Origin: an uncultured Nitrospiraceae bacterium
GTDB lineage: Bacteria > Nitrospirota > Thermodesulfovibrionia > Thermodesulfovibrionales > Dissulfurispiraceae
Direction of reading: 5' to 3'
Length of the DNA stretch: 64,000 bases
Assembly: GCA_963705105.1 (NCBI GenBank)
Contig: CAVPIW010000006.1
Location: 320,001-384,000 of the forward strand
How positions within the stretch are numbered: the first letter of the stretch is position 1; the number at the start of each line of letters is the position of its first letter. A model generated the notes under the pieces. It made no database searches and had not been told where the DNA came from. It saw only the letters and a list, made by a program, of their open reading frames with translations. A program made the position numbers and the translations under genes. Shown here piece by piece: positions 39,811 to 50,181 of the stretch.

Positions 39811-40296
39811 ATGATGGAAAAGGATCTGATGGACATTGAAGGCAAGAGCCTCGACATGGTCGAAGCCGAATTTATGAACATTCGGCAGAGTACCATCCGG
39901 TCCGTGGAAGGCGGACATATCGAACTGCAGCAGGTGGGCGCGCTGAGTATTGACGGCGAGCGCATCGAGACGACTCAGGGTTTTTCGGTGCTGAATCGCG
40001 GCAATACGCTCACTCTTAACCAGGGTGTCGGTCTCTTCAATGTGGCCCACACGACGAATATAAACTACTCCTGTTCTCCCCTTTCGGTATCCGCCGCCGA
40101 CGCCGTCATCGAAAAGAGCGCCGTCGGCGTCGTTGCGGCAAGGGATGTGACGGTGACGAACAGCGCCTCGGTCCTCATGATCGCGAGAAACGTCCACGGC
40201 ACGGTGACGACGCTCCTCGACTGGAAGTCGGCCCTTGCCATAGGTGCCGTTGCAGGTGGCATCCTGGGCGCTCTCTCCCTCCTGCGGAGGCGTTAG
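39811..40296 (+). CDS. Hypothetical protein, beta-strand-rich with C-terminal TM helix
   Basis: 161-aa ORF in operon orientation; ends ALAIGAVAGGILGALSLLRRR. Confidence 0.65.
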   Translation: MMEKDLMDIEGKSLDMVEAEFMNIRQSTIRSVEGGHIELQQVGALSIDGERIETTQGFSVLNRGNTLTLNQGVGLFNVAHTTNINYSCSPLSVSAADAVIEKSAVGVVAARDVTVTNSASVLMIARNVHGTVTTLLDWKSALAIGAVAGGILGALSLLRRR

Positions 40297-40302
40297 GGTG
40301 CA

Positions 40303-41145
40303 GTGACGACAGGCAGGCACCTTGCCCCGCTGATTCGCGAGACCATTCGCATCGCCCTGCTTGAGGATCTGGGGCAGGGCGACGTGACGTCCCTGCGGGT
40401 CATCGCCGGAGACAGGAGCGCAAAAGCCGCCATCCGGGCCAAGGAAGATTTCATCCTCGCCGGTATGCCCTTCGTCATCGAGGTTTTCTCCGTCCTCGAC
40501 CCTGATGTTTCAGTTGTCACCGGCCCGGCCGAGGGCGTGTCGGTCGTCAGGGGCGACATCGTCGCCGAGGTGTCGGGCAGGGCCTGGAGTCTTCTTGCCG
40601 GCGAGAGGACGGCCCTTAACATCCTCCAGCGCGTCTCCGGCGTCGCCACTCTCACAAGGTCATTCGTCGACAGGGTTTCCGGACTGCCCGCCCGGATCGC
40701 CGACACGCGAAAAACGACACCCTGCATGAGATACATGGAAAAATACGGCGTCGTTGTCGGAGGCGGGATCAATCACCGCTTCGGCCTTTCCGACGGCATC
40801 CTGATCAAGGACAATCACCTCAAGATTGCAGGGAGCATCACCAGGGCAGTCGAAGCGGCAAGGAAGGAACTCCCGTTCCGTAAGGTCGAGGTGGAGGTGA
40901 AAAACCTCGATGAACTCCGCGAAGCCCTTGCCGCGGGAGCCGATATCATCATGCTCGATAACATGTCTGTGGAGCAAATGGCCGAGGCTTCCGGGATAGC
41001 CGGAGGAAAAGCCGTTCTCGAGGCGTCGGGGAACGTGAACCTTTCCAATGTCAGGGCCATTGCGGAAACGGGCGTGCATGTCATCTCCGTGGGAGCGCTC
41101 ACACATTCGGCCCGTGCCGTCGACATCAGCATGAAAATCCTCTGA
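40303..41145 (+). CDS. nadC: Quinolinate phosphoribosyltransferase
   Basis: ERTALN, DTRKTTP, NHRFGL, LIKDNH, IMLDNM, EASG. Confidence 0.97.
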   Translation: MTTGRHLAPLIRETIRIALLEDLGQGDVTSLRVIAGDRSAKAAIRAKEDFILAGMPFVIEVFSVLDPDVSVVTGPAEGVSVVRGDIVAEVSGRAWSLLAGERTALNILQRVSGVATLTRSFVDRVSGLPARIADTRKTTPCMRYMEKYGVVVGGGINHRFGLSDGILIKDNHLKIAGSITRAVEAARKELPFRKVEVEVKNLDELREALAAGADIIMLDNMSVEQMAEASGIAGGKAVLEASGNVNLSNVRAIAETGVHVISVGALTHSARAVDISMKIL

Positions 41146-41151
41146 GGGACC

Positions 41152-42192
41152 ATGGAAGACGAACTGACATACAAGAAAGCGGGCGTTGACATCGACGAGG
41201 GGGACCGTTTCGTCAGTCTCATCGCTCCCCTTGTGAAAGAGACCTTCCGCCCGGAAGTCATGACCGACATCGGGTCCTTCGGCGCCCTCTTCAGGCTCGA
41301 CACGTCACGATACCGCGAACCCGTCCTCGTGAGCGGCACCGACGGCGTGGGCACGAAACTCAAGGTCGCCTTCATGACGGACAGGCACGACACTGTCGGG
41401 ATCGACCTGGTTGCCATGTGCGTCAATGACGTCCTTACCCTCGGCGCGGAACCCCTCTTCTTTCTCGATTACTTCGCAACGGGGAGACTGCGGTCCGGCA
41501 GGGCGCGGGACGTCGTGAAGGGCATCGCCGAAGGCTGCAGGCAGGCGGGGTGCTCGCTCATCGGGGGCGAGACGGCGGAAATGCCCGGTTTTTACGGGCA
41601 GGAGGAGTATGATCTGGCCGGCTTTGCCGTCGGCGTCGTCGACCGCCCGGACATCATCGACGGGTCCCGTATCGCCGAAGGAGATGTTATGATCGGACTC
41701 CCTTCGTCGGGTTTGCACAGCAACGGCTATTCCCTGGCGCGGAAGGTCTTCTTCGACCGTGCCGGCCTGTCTCATGATGCCTGCCTGCCGGAACTCGGCA
41801 TATCCGTCGGCGAGGAACTGCTCAAGCCGACGACGATTTATGTAAAAGCATTCCAGTTGCTGAAGGGGGCCGTGACGGTGAAGGGCATGGCCCACATCAC
41901 GGGGGGAGGGCTCCCGGGGAACGTGCCGAGAATTCTGCCTGAGGGCCACTGTGCGGTGATCAGGAGAGACTCCTGGCCCGTCCATCCCGTCTTCGGCCTG
42001 ATACAAAAGATGGGCAATGTGCCCGATGACGATATGATGCGCACCTTCAACATGGGGATCGGTTTCGTCGTTGTCGTGTCGCCAGGGGATGAGGATAAGA
42101 CGCTTGCCGCACTGAAAGAGAGCGGCTATGGGGCCATCCCCATAGGCCATGTCGAAAAGGCTGAGGGCCGATCATTGCGGTTTGTTACGTGA
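41152..42192 (+). CDS. purM: Phosphoribosylformylglycinamidine cyclo-ligase
   Basis: [46 protein letters not shown]. Confidence 0.98.
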   Translation: MEDELTYKKAGVDIDEGDRFVSLIAPLVKETFRPEVMTDIGSFGALFRLDTSRYREPVLVSGTDGVGTKLKVAFMTDRHDTVGIDLVAMCVNDVLTLGAEPLFFLDYFATGRLRSGRARDVVKGIAEGCRQAGCSLIGGETAEMPGFYGQEEYDLAGFAVGVVDRPDIIDGSRIAEGDVMIGLPSSGLHSNGYSLARKVFFDRAGLSHDACLPELGISVGEELLKPTTIYVKAFQLLKGAVTVKGMAHITGGGLPGNVPRILPEGHCAVIRRDSWPVHPVFGLIQKMGNVPDDDMMRTFNMGIGFVVVVSPGDEDKTLAALKESGYGAIPIGHVEKAEGRSLRFVT

Positions 42193-42197
42193 GTATT

Positions 42198-42368
42198 CCT
42201 CGTGAAAGGCGGGGTGTATGTGCTGAAAACCTTGCTGCGGCGACACCTGTATCGAAAGACAATGCTTTAAGCCAATATTTGAAAAAGGAGCCTTTTTGCT
42301 GACACTCACACTGCCACTGACACTTTTTTTCAGAGCGCTTCGCCCCGCCTTTTCATGAACGAAGAGGT
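42198..42368 (+). repeat. Long-hairpin repeat family A, subtype II (eroded ends)
   Basis: GAAAGGCGGGGTG..CCTTGCTGCGGCGACACCT..CTGACACTCACACTGCCACTGACAC..CGCCCCGCCTTTTC. Confidence 0.88.
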
Positions 42369-42400
42369 ATGTTGAACTCGAATATTCGCTGCAAAAGACC

Positions 42401-44332
42401 ATGAAAAAAAAGGTATTTCTCGATACGCACACATACCCTGAAGCCCGGGAGCTGCTGGCCCGGAGAATGGCTGAACTCGGGTTGAGCCCGCTCCCCGAAG
42501 AGGTCATACCGGTCAGGGAGTCGAGGGGCAGGATCTCGGCCAGGCCCGTCTTCGCGCGGTACTCCTCGCCGTTCTACCATTCGGCGGCCATGGACGGGTA
42601 TGCCGTCCGGTACACCGACACCTTCGGCGCTTCGGAAACGTCGCCGCTGACGCTCAGGATCGGTGATGCCGCCCGTCCTGTCGATACGGGAGACCCCATG
42701 CCCGGGGGGTTCAATGCCGTTGTCATGATCGAGGATGTCAATGTCGTCGGCGACAATATCGAGATCTACGAAGCAGTCCCGCCCTATCAGCACGTAAGGC
42801 CCGTCGGCGAGGACATCGTTGCGACGGAACTGATCATCCCGGGAAACCACGTGATCAGGCCTATCGACATGGGCGCCATGCTCGCAAGCGGCAACCTCGA
42901 AGTCACCGTGAGGAGAAGACCCCGTGTCGTCATCATCCCGACAGGCAGCGAGATCATCGAGCCGGAGGTGGTACGTCAGAGGATGCCGGCACCCCCGGAG
43001 ATCATCGAATATAACTCTGTCGTCCTTGCGGGACTTGCCGAAGAATGCGGGGCCACGGTGACCCGTTCGCCAATTGTGCCTGACAACCTTGGCGAAATCA
43101 GGGATGCCATCGACAGTGCCCTGGCCGTTGCAGACCTTGTCCTCGTCAACGCGGGATCGGGAAGGGGGTCGGAGGACTACACGGCCCAGGCCATTGAGGC
43201 CATCGGAGAGGTGGTCCTGCAGGGCCTCTCCATGAAGCCCGGCAAACCTTTCATCGCAGGGTTTGTGAACGGAAAACCCGTCTTCGGCATCCCCGGCTAT
43301 CCCGTTTCCGCCTACATAACTTTTGAGCTCTTTGTGAGGCCGCTTCTCGAAGGCCTGCTCGGCATCGGACGGCAAGACCGGGAGACCGTCGAGGCAATTC
43401 TCTCCAGGCCTGTTTCTTCCTCTCTCGGCGTGGACGAGTTCGTGCGCGTCAAGATCGGCGCTGTCGGGGAGAAGCACATCGCCACGCCGGTGGGCCGGGG
43501 AGCTGGCCTGCTCATGTCCCTCGTGCGGGCCGACGGCATCCTGGAGATACCTTCATCATCAGAAGGATATGTGCAGGGAACGAAGGTAAAGGTTGAAGTA
43601 ATCCGAAAGAGGAAAGACATTGAGAGGACCATCGTTTGCATCGGCAGTCATGACAACACCCTCGATATCCTGGCCAATGCGGTCAAACAGAGACATCCCG
43701 ATTACTCGTTATCGTCGGCCCACGTCGGCTCCATGGGCGGACTGATCGCGCTCAGAAGGGGAGAGGCCCATGTCGCGGGGACCCACCTCCTCGATGAGGA
43801 AACGGGCGAATACAATATACCCTTTCTGAAAAAGGTGCTCGGCGGCCAGGACGTGCTGCTCGTGAACCTCGTGTACAGGCAGCAGGGTCTTGTCGTCAAG
43901 AGCGGAAACCCGAAAAAGATACTGGGCCTGGGCGACCTTGCCGGAAAGGACGTCGCATTCATCAACCGCCAGGCGGGTTCCGGGACGAGACTCCTTCTGG
44001 ACGGCCAGCTCCGGAAACTCGGCATCGATCCCCGGCATATCAGGGGGTATGAGCATGAGGAGTATACGCATATGTCCGTAGCGTCGGCCGTCCTCACGGG
44101 GCTTGCCGATGCAGGTCTCGCCGTGTATTCCTCCGCCGCGGCCCTGGGTCTCGACTTTATCCCTGTCGCCGATGAGCGGTACGACCTCGCAATCCCCCGC
44201 CGGTTCGTCGATTCGGACATGATCAGGATCATGCTCGGCATCATCAGGGAGGACCGGGAATTCAGGGAGACGGTGTTGCGTCTCGGCGGATACGATGTCA
44301 GAGACATGGGGAAGGTGATCTTCGGAGCATGA
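42401..44332 (+). CDS. moeA: Molybdopterin molybdotransferase MoeA fused to a PBP/LysR-type domain
   Basis: SAAMDGYAV, DTGDPMP, IPTGSE, MKPGKP, PGYPVS; C-terminal GSHD, GSMGGL, NRQAGSGTR, ERYDL. Confidence 0.92.
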   Translation: MKKKVFLDTHTYPEARELLARRMAELGLSPLPEEVIPVRESRGRISARPVFARYSSPFYHSAAMDGYAVRYTDTFGASETSPLTLRIGDAARPVDTGDPMPGGFNAVVMIEDVNVVGDNIEIYEAVPPYQHVRPVGEDIVATELIIPGNHVIRPIDMGAMLASGNLEVTVRRRPRVVIIPTGSEIIEPEVVRQRMPAPPEIIEYNSVVLAGLAEECGATVTRSPIVPDNLGEIRDAIDSALAVADLVLVNAGSGRGSEDYTAQAIEAIGEVVLQGLSMKPGKPFIAGFVNGKPVFGIPGYPVSAYITFELFVRPLLEGLLGIGRQDRETVEAILSRPVSSSLGVDEFVRVKIGAVGEKHIATPVGRGAGLLMSLVRADGILEIPSSSEGYVQGTKVKVEVIRKRKDIERTIVCIGSHDNTLDILANAVKQRHPDYSLSSAHVGSMGGLIALRRGEAHVAGTHLLDEETGEYNIPFLKKVLGGQDVLLVNLVYRQQGLVVKSGNPKKILGLGDLAGKDVAFINRQAGSGTRLLLDGQLRKLGIDPRHIRGYEHEEYTHMSVASAVLTGLADAGLAVYSSAAALGLDFIPVADERYDLAIPRRFVDSDMIRIMLGIIREDREFRETVLRLGGYDVRDMGKVIFGA

Positions 44333-45825
44333 AAGGCCTCGTCGAAAAAATCAGTCTTTCTCTTGAGAGACCCACGCCGACGGACAAGCAGGCGGACCGG
44401 GAGCGTCTTGTCGATGCCCTCATCGGTCATACCGGCATAGACATCCCCGTCGTGATCGATCTCACCGTCCTGAAGGACGTGCCCCGTGTCCTGAGGGACC
44501 ATGGCTTTTCTGTCACTGTCACATCCTGTTTTACCGGTGACGCCCTGCGGGTCATCGCCCTGGACAAAGAGGTCTCCTGTGGCGTCGCTGTCGACATCGG
44601 GACGACAAACATCGTCGCTTCCCTTTATGACCTCGCTGACGGCAGGCGCATCGTTCAGAGGGAGCGGGAAAACCCCCAGACCGCGATCGCCCTCGATGTC
44701 CTTTCGCGGGTGCAGGTCGCCATGGGCGGACGGGGCAGGGAACTGCACGCACTCCTGATGGAAGGGATGAACGCCCTGATCGGAGACCTGTGCGCAGCCG
44801 GGGGGATCAGGCCTGGCGACATCGACTGCGTCGTCTGCGCCGGAAACACGATAATGACCCATTTCCTGCTGGACCTGCCCGTGGAGAACATACCCCTCGA
44901 ACCTTATATCCCGGCGGCCCACCATGTCAATCCCTTCCTTCCCGGTGAGATCGGCCTGTCGATGAACAGCCGGGGGCTCGTCCATGTCTTTCCCAATGTG
45001 GGAAGCTATGTGGGCGGCGATATCGTGGCGGGCATTCTGTCGTCAGGCCTGTATCGTGACCGTGAGCCGTCCTTTCTTATCGATGTGGGAACGAACGCCG
45101 AGATCGTCCTCGGATGTAATGAATGGATCATCGTCGGTGCAGGCGCAGCGGGACCGGCCCTTGAAGGCGGCATCGCCGAGATCGGAATGAGAGCGACAGA
45201 GGGGGCGGTTGACCATGTCAGGATCAGTGAGGAGGGCAGGCATGTCGTCGTCAGCACCATCGGCAACAGCGAACCAAAGGGGATCTGCGGTTCCGGCATG
45301 ATCGAGCTCGTTTCCGAACTCTACAAAACCGGCGTCATCAATGAGCAGGGGAAGTTCACAGCGTCGGCGCCGCGTCTCGTCCACGACGAGTTTTACAAGG
45401 GCTTCATCGTCTCCGATACCGGGGACAGGCAGCTCATCATCAAGGACCGTGACATCGACAATTTCCTCAGATCGAAGGCGGCCATGTTTTCCGCCCTCTA
45501 TGTAATCGTATCTTCCGTGGGACTGCGTTTCAGGGACATTTCGAAGGTCTATGTAAGCGGCGCCTTCGGGACCGGCATAGATGCCGAAAAGGCGATGCGC
45601 ATCGGCATGATCCCGAGCATCGGGAAAGAAAAAATAATCCCCGTCGGTAACACGTCACTCCGGGGAGCCGAGATGCTCCTGATGGACCGGGAACTCCTGA
45701 AGGACGTCGATCGGATCAGCCGTATGGTCACCTACCGCGAAATGAATACGGACGGCGACTTCATGCGCGAATTTCCCTCGGCCCTGGTCATCCCTCATTT
45801 CGACCCCGTCAAGCTCGAAGGCTGA
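44329..45825 (+). CDS. ASKHA-fold reductive activator family (DUF4445/RACo-like)
   Basis: VDIGTT, GNTIMTHF, YVGGDI, IDVGTNAE, AAGPALEGG, GICGSG, GAFG, GNTSL. Confidence 0.88.
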   Translation: MKGLVEKISLSLERPTPTDKQADRERLVDALIGHTGIDIPVVIDLTVLKDVPRVLRDHGFSVTVTSCFTGDALRVIALDKEVSCGVAVDIGTTNIVASLYDLADGRRIVQRERENPQTAIALDVLSRVQVAMGGRGRELHALLMEGMNALIGDLCAAGGIRPGDIDCVVCAGNTIMTHFLLDLPVENIPLEPYIPAAHHVNPFLPGEIGLSMNSRGLVHVFPNVGSYVGGDIVAGILSSGLYRDREPSFLIDVGTNAEIVLGCNEWIIVGAGAAGPALEGGIAEIGMRATEGAVDHVRISEEGRHVVVSTIGNSEPKGICGSGMIELVSELYKTGVINEQGKFTASAPRLVHDEFYKGFIVSDTGDRQLIIKDRDIDNFLRSKAAMFSALYVIVSSVGLRFRDISKVYVSGAFGTGIDAEKAMRIGMIPSIGKEKIIPVGNTSLRGAEMLLMDRELLKDVDRISRMVTYREMNTDGDFMREFPSALVIPHFDPVKLEG

Positions 45826-45893
45826 ACCTTGTGGTTGCAACAGGCCCTCCTTTTCAAGCAACTGCGAGCTGTGAAGACTGAGTCAGGCAGGGA

Positions 45894-47024
45894 TTACTGA
45901 TCTCCTCCCGGATTGACTTCATCCGGCAGAAGTCTCCTCGCCCCGATATAGCGGCGGATATAGTATGGTGTTTCGAGGCTGTCGATCGTCACCCTCTTCG
46001 ATTTTGAGGAGGCGTGAATGAAGAGATTGTTGCCGAGATAAATACCGACGTGGGATGGAAACGATGCATAGGTTCTGAAGAAGACGAGGTCTCCCACGGA
46101 AAGCTCCTCTTTGTCGATGGGTTCACCCACCCGGAACTGCTCGCGGGCGCTCCTGGGGAGTGAGAGGCCGCAGAATGAATAGACCTTCTGCACATAGGCC
46201 GAGCAATCGATGCCGAAGGGGCCGTTGCCCCCGAAGCGGTAGGGCAGATTCAGCATCTTCTTGGCGAGGAGTATGAGTCTGTCCCGAAGATCGAGGTCGG
46301 CAATTTCACTGGAAGCGGACATCTGCTTGACTTCGTGCAGCTTCTCAGAGGCGAGGACGACGGATGCCGCGTCCATCTGGGCGGGCTCCTCGGTCATTTG
46401 GCGTGAGGGCGCTTGTGGTTCCGGTGCCCTGCGGGCGACGACGAGGGTCTGTCCTTTCTTGAGTGAGCTGTCGACCAGCCCGTTGATCTCCTTCAACTCT
46501 GCCACACTGACGTGATATGTCTTCGCGATTTTCGCAAGAGAGTCACCCTTCTTAACTTTGTGTGTCGCTTGAACTGTGTGTGTCGCTTGAACGCCCTGTT
46601 TGACGAGGAGCTTCTGGCCTGTCTTGAGTCGGGACTTCCTGAGATGGTTGAGGTCCTTCAACTGGCTCTCGGACAGGTCGTATGTCCGGGCGATCTTTGC
46701 CAGGGATTCCCCCTTGCGGACCACATGATAAGTGCTTTGGCTCTCCGCCGGGCCGGTATTCGACTGCGTGCTCGTTGAAGATGATAGGGAATCTCTCTTT
46801 CTGTCGCCTTTTTTCTGCTTCTCCGGGATTTCGAGCTTCGTCCCGATTTTCAGCGTCTGGTTGTACATATCATTTGCGGATTGGATATCCGACGCCCGGA
46901 CTTTGTATTTCTTTGCGATCTTATCGAGTGTCTCTCCCCGTTTCACCGTATGGGTCCGTGCGGATGCATCGCTAACCCACAGGAGCAGCAGTGTGACAAA
47001 AAAGAGCGTCACAATCTTCTTCAT
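45894..47024 (-). CDS. LysM x3 + NlpC/P60 peptidoglycan endopeptidase
   Basis: Signal peptide; three H.V..G.sL.kIA..Y repeats; PYRFGG..GIDCSA, LPRSA, GDLVFF, SHVGIY, FIHAS. Confidence 0.93.
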   Translation of the reverse strand: MKKIVTLFFVTLLLLWVSDASARTHTVKRGETLDKIAKKYKVRASDIQSANDMYNQTLKIGTKLEIPEKQKKGDRKRDSLSSSTSTQSNTGPAESQSTYHVVRKGESLAKIARTYDLSESQLKDLNHLRKSRLKTGQKLLVKQGVQATHTVQATHKVKKGDSLAKIAKTYHVSVAELKEINGLVDSSLKKGQTLVVARRAPEPQAPSRQMTEEPAQMDAASVVLASEKLHEVKQMSASSEIADLDLRDRLILLAKKMLNLPYRFGGNGPFGIDCSAYVQKVYSFCGLSLPRSAREQFRVGEPIDKEELSVGDLVFFRTYASFPSHVGIYLGNNLFIHASSKSKRVTIDSLETPYYIRRYIGARRLLPDEVNPGGDQ

Positions 47025-47085
47025 TGAGGTCCTCCCTTTGCAAGATTGTGTTCAACGAAAAAATGCCTATTCGTAAAAACTTACT

Positions 47086-47679
47086 TCAGGCAGCCTCGTC
47101 CTTCATGAGATCCGCGATCGGCGGCAATTCAACGAGGCTGTTCAGCCCGAAATACTGCAGGAATTCCCGGCTCGTTCCGTACAGAAAAGGCCTGCCGGGC
47201 ACGTCCTTCTTCCCCAGGATTTTGATGAGACGCTTCTCCAGGAGACCCCGCAAGGCGCCTTCGGAATTAACGCCCCGCAGTTGATCGATTTCGATCTTCG
47301 TGATCGGCTGCTTGTAGGCGACGATCGCCAGCGTTTCCAGGGATGCCTGGGAAAGTTTCGAGGCCTGGTTGATGTTTTTCAGTCTCCTGACCCAGGGAGC
47401 CAGATCCGGGTCTGTCACCATCTGATAGCCGCCGGCTATCTCGACGACCATGATGGCCGAGTTCCGCTCATTATAATCTGATCGGAGATCGTCGAACAGT
47501 TCTTTAATCTCGGGGTGTTTCATCTCGGCGGCTTTTGATATGGTGTCGGCCGGCAAAGGCTTGTCGGAAACGAACAGGAGCGCCTCAAGAATCTTTTTTT
47601 TCTGCGCCCTTTCATCCCTGATTTCATGGGAGTGGTCAGACTGTCCCAAATGGTCTTTCTCATCGGGGGTCTTTTCCAT
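47086..47679 (-). CDS. scpB: Segregation and condensation protein B
   Basis: LEALLFVS, GGYQMVT, LSQASLETLAIVAYKQPIT, RGVNS, GRPFLYGT..FLQYFGL. Confidence 0.95.
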   Translation of the reverse strand: MEKTPDEKDHLGQSDHSHEIRDERAQKKKILEALLFVSDKPLPADTISKAAEMKHPEIKELFDDLRSDYNERNSAIMVVEIAGGYQMVTDPDLAPWVRRLKNINQASKLSQASLETLAIVAYKQPITKIEIDQLRGVNSEGALRGLLEKRLIKILGKKDVPGRPFLYGTSREFLQYFGLNSLVELPPIADLMKDEAA

Positions 47680-48013
47680 CGGGACCAAGTATACCAGATA
47701 GAAAATAAAATTGCAAAGCAAGGGCATAGGCAAATACTATAGATACAATAGGTGATGCACCCGATCATTCCGCCTGTCCCGGTCGTCCCATTGGGACATC
47801 AGTCCCGCAGGATATCATTAGGATATGGTCGATCTTTTCCGGCTCTCATCCACCCCTTTCCGGGTATACGTGCTGAACCGCCCTGTGGTATATTTAAAGG
47901 ATGTCTGTCAATCTCCGAGAAAGTAAACAGCGAAATCAGTGGAGGGTTGTCTTCGCATGTACGAACCCGGAGAGAATTCCCGGCGACGTCAGACACGCCG
48001 GAGGAGGAGAAGA

Positions 48014-48805
48014 ATGAATACGATTATCGCCTGTTTTATCCTTGTGTTCCTGGCAACCGTTCCTGTTCGGACTGCCGACGCCTTCAGCAAGACGGGATGC
48101 GAAGGGGACTGCAAGCAATGCCATAGCTTCGGCAAGGAGGAGGCGAAGGCCATCCTCAAGAAAGTGAAACTCACGGAAGCCAAGATCCTGGGTATCCAGA
48201 TCAGTCCTGTGAAGGGTCTCTGGGAAATCACACTGGAGGACAAGGGGAAGAAGGCGGTCCTGTATGTCGATCTCTCCAAGAAATATCTCATGACGGGACC
48301 GATCATCGAGGTCAGCACGGGATCGAACAAGACGATGGAGAAGGTGGACCAGATAACGGAGAAGAAGAAGGTCGACGTCTCGAAGATCCCCGTCAGCGAT
48401 ACGATCATCATGGGGAAGAAAGATGCGGCAAAGAGGGTCATTGTCTTCACCGACCCCGATTGCCCGTTTTGCGCTACACTTCACAAGGAAATCGCGAAGG
48501 TTTCAAAAGAGAGAAAAGACATTGTCTTTCATGTCAAGCTATACCCGCTGAAGGGCCACAAGGATGCCTACTGGAAATCAAAGAGCATCGTCTGCAACAA
48601 GTCGGTCAAAATGCTTGAGGACAATTTCGAGAAGAAAACCATAAAGAAGACCGAATGCGATACGAAGGAGATCGACGATACCATCAAGCTGGCCGAGTCT
48701 CTCGGCATCACGGGAACGCCGACCTTGGTCATGCCCGACGGGACCGTCTATTCGGGCACGATGCCCGCGGACCGCATCAAGAACATCATCGACGGGAAAA
48801 AGTGA
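48014..48805 (+). CDS. dsbC: DsbC-family thiol:disulfide isomerase with N-terminal CxxCH
   Basis: Signal peptide after GGAGGAG; SPVKGLWEI dimerisation domain; FTDPDCPFC; GITGTPT. Confidence 0.88.
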   Translation: MNTIIACFILVFLATVPVRTADAFSKTGCEGDCKQCHSFGKEEAKAILKKVKLTEAKILGIQISPVKGLWEITLEDKGKKAVLYVDLSKKYLMTGPIIEVSTGSNKTMEKVDQITEKKKVDVSKIPVSDTIIMGKKDAAKRVIVFTDPDCPFCATLHKEIAKVSKERKDIVFHVKLYPLKGHKDAYWKSKSIVCNKSVKMLEDNFEKKTIKKTECDTKEIDDTIKLAESLGITGTPTLVMPDGTVYSGTMPADRIKNIIDGKK

Positions 48806-48811
48806 GCGTAA

Positions 48812-49013
48812 ACCTTATCGTTGCAATGCACGCCCGGGAAAGGCGGGGCGTATGCGCCGACAACCTTGCTGCTGCGACACCTGTATCGAGACTGAAGACG
48901 AGGCATAAGCCAATCTCAGGAGAATTGGGCATCTTTTCCGACACTGACACTCACACTGATACTGACACTGTTTTCAGAGTGATTCGCCCCGCCTTTCAAT
49001 GCAACTGCAGGGT
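48812..49013 (+). repeat. Long-hairpin repeat family A, subtype II
   Basis: ACCTTATCGTTGCAAT..GGAAAGGCGGGGCG..GACACTGACACTCACACTGATACTGACACTG..CGCCCCGCCTTTCAATGCAACTGCAGGGT. Confidence 0.92.
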
Positions 49014-49021
49014 AAAGTTTC

Positions 49022-50158
49022 ATGGGTAGGGCACTCCTGGTCCTTTCGGACGGATACGTCTTTGAGGGGAAGAGCTTCGGCGCCGACGGCGAAAGCATCG
49101 GCGAAGTGGTGTTCAACACGTCCATGACGGGCTATCAGGAGATCCTGACGGATGCGTCGTACAAGGGACAGATCGTCACGATGACGTATACGCAGATCGG
49201 CAACTACGGCGTCAATGCCGAAGATGTCGAGTCGTCGGGGGGGCCGAAAGCGGAGGGTTTTGTCGTCCGTGAATACGTCGGTGAACCGAGCAACTGGAGA
49301 TCATCGGTCTCCCTCGGCGCCTACCTCCTGAGGCACGGGATCGTAGGGATCGAGGGAGTGGACACGAGGGCCCTGACGCAGCACCTGAGAAATTTCGGCG
49401 CCCGCATGGGCATCATCTCCACGGTGGATCATGACCCTGCGAGTCTCCTGCGGAAGGTGAGGAATCATCCCGGCATATCCGCCCTCGACCTCGTTTCCGA
49501 CGTGGCGACTCGGGAGCGGTATACCTGGACGGAAGGGCTCTGGACATGGCCCGACCCGGCTTCACAGGGACAGGAAGGGAGAGGTCAGGTTCCGGTTTAT
49601 TCCGTCGCCGTGTATGATTTCGGCGTCAAGTCCAATATCCTGAGGAGCCTCGTCGCCTACGGGTTCACCGTGACGGTATTCCCGGCGCAGACCCCGGCGG
49701 AAGAGGTGCTCGAGACGAATCCCGACGCCGTTCTCCTGAGCAACGGCCCCGGGGACCCCGAGACGGTGACATACGCCATCGAAAACACGAAAAAACTCTT
49801 CGGGAGGAAACCGATTTTCGGCATCTGCCTCGGCCACCAGATCCTCGGCCTCGCCCTGGGCGGGAGGACCTACAAGCTGAAATTCGGCCATCACGGCGGC
49901 AATCACCCCGTCATGGACCTTTCAACGGGGAAAGTGGAGATCACCGCGCAGAACCACAATTACTGCGTCGACCTCGCCAGTCTCGGCGGACGGGCGATCC
50001 TGACGCACCGCAACCTGTACGACGGCACGGAGGAGGGCATGCGCCACACCGAGTTGCCCGTCTTTTCCGTGCAGTACCACCCCGAGGCGGCGCCGGGCCC
50101 GAACGATTCGGCCCGCCTGTTCGGACGCTTCCGCGAGATGGTTGAGACGCACCGATAG
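49022..50158 (+). CDS. carA: Carbamoyl-phosphate synthase small subunit
   Basis: [35 protein letters not shown]. Confidence 0.98.
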   Translation: MGRALLVLSDGYVFEGKSFGADGESIGEVVFNTSMTGYQEILTDASYKGQIVTMTYTQIGNYGVNAEDVESSGGPKAEGFVVREYVGEPSNWRSSVSLGAYLLRHGIVGIEGVDTRALTQHLRNFGARMGIISTVDHDPASLLRKVRNHPGISALDLVSDVATRERYTWTEGLWTWPDPASQGQEGRGQVPVYSVAVYDFGVKSNILRSLVAYGFTVTVFPAQTPAEEVLETNPDAVLLSNGPGDPETVTYAIENTKKLFGRKPIFGICLGHQILGLALGGRTYKLKFGHHGGNHPVMDLSTGKVEITAQNHNYCVDLASLGGRAILTHRNLYDGTEEGMRHTELPVFSVQYHPEAAPGPNDSARLFGRFREMVETHR

Positions 50159-50181
50159 GAGATGGTCTTCCCCGCGAACGT

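Noticed and set aside
47939..48013. Poly-Arg N-terminus on DsbC as a Tat signal
   Set aside because: It is translation of the purine-rich RBS region; the true start is ATG 48014.
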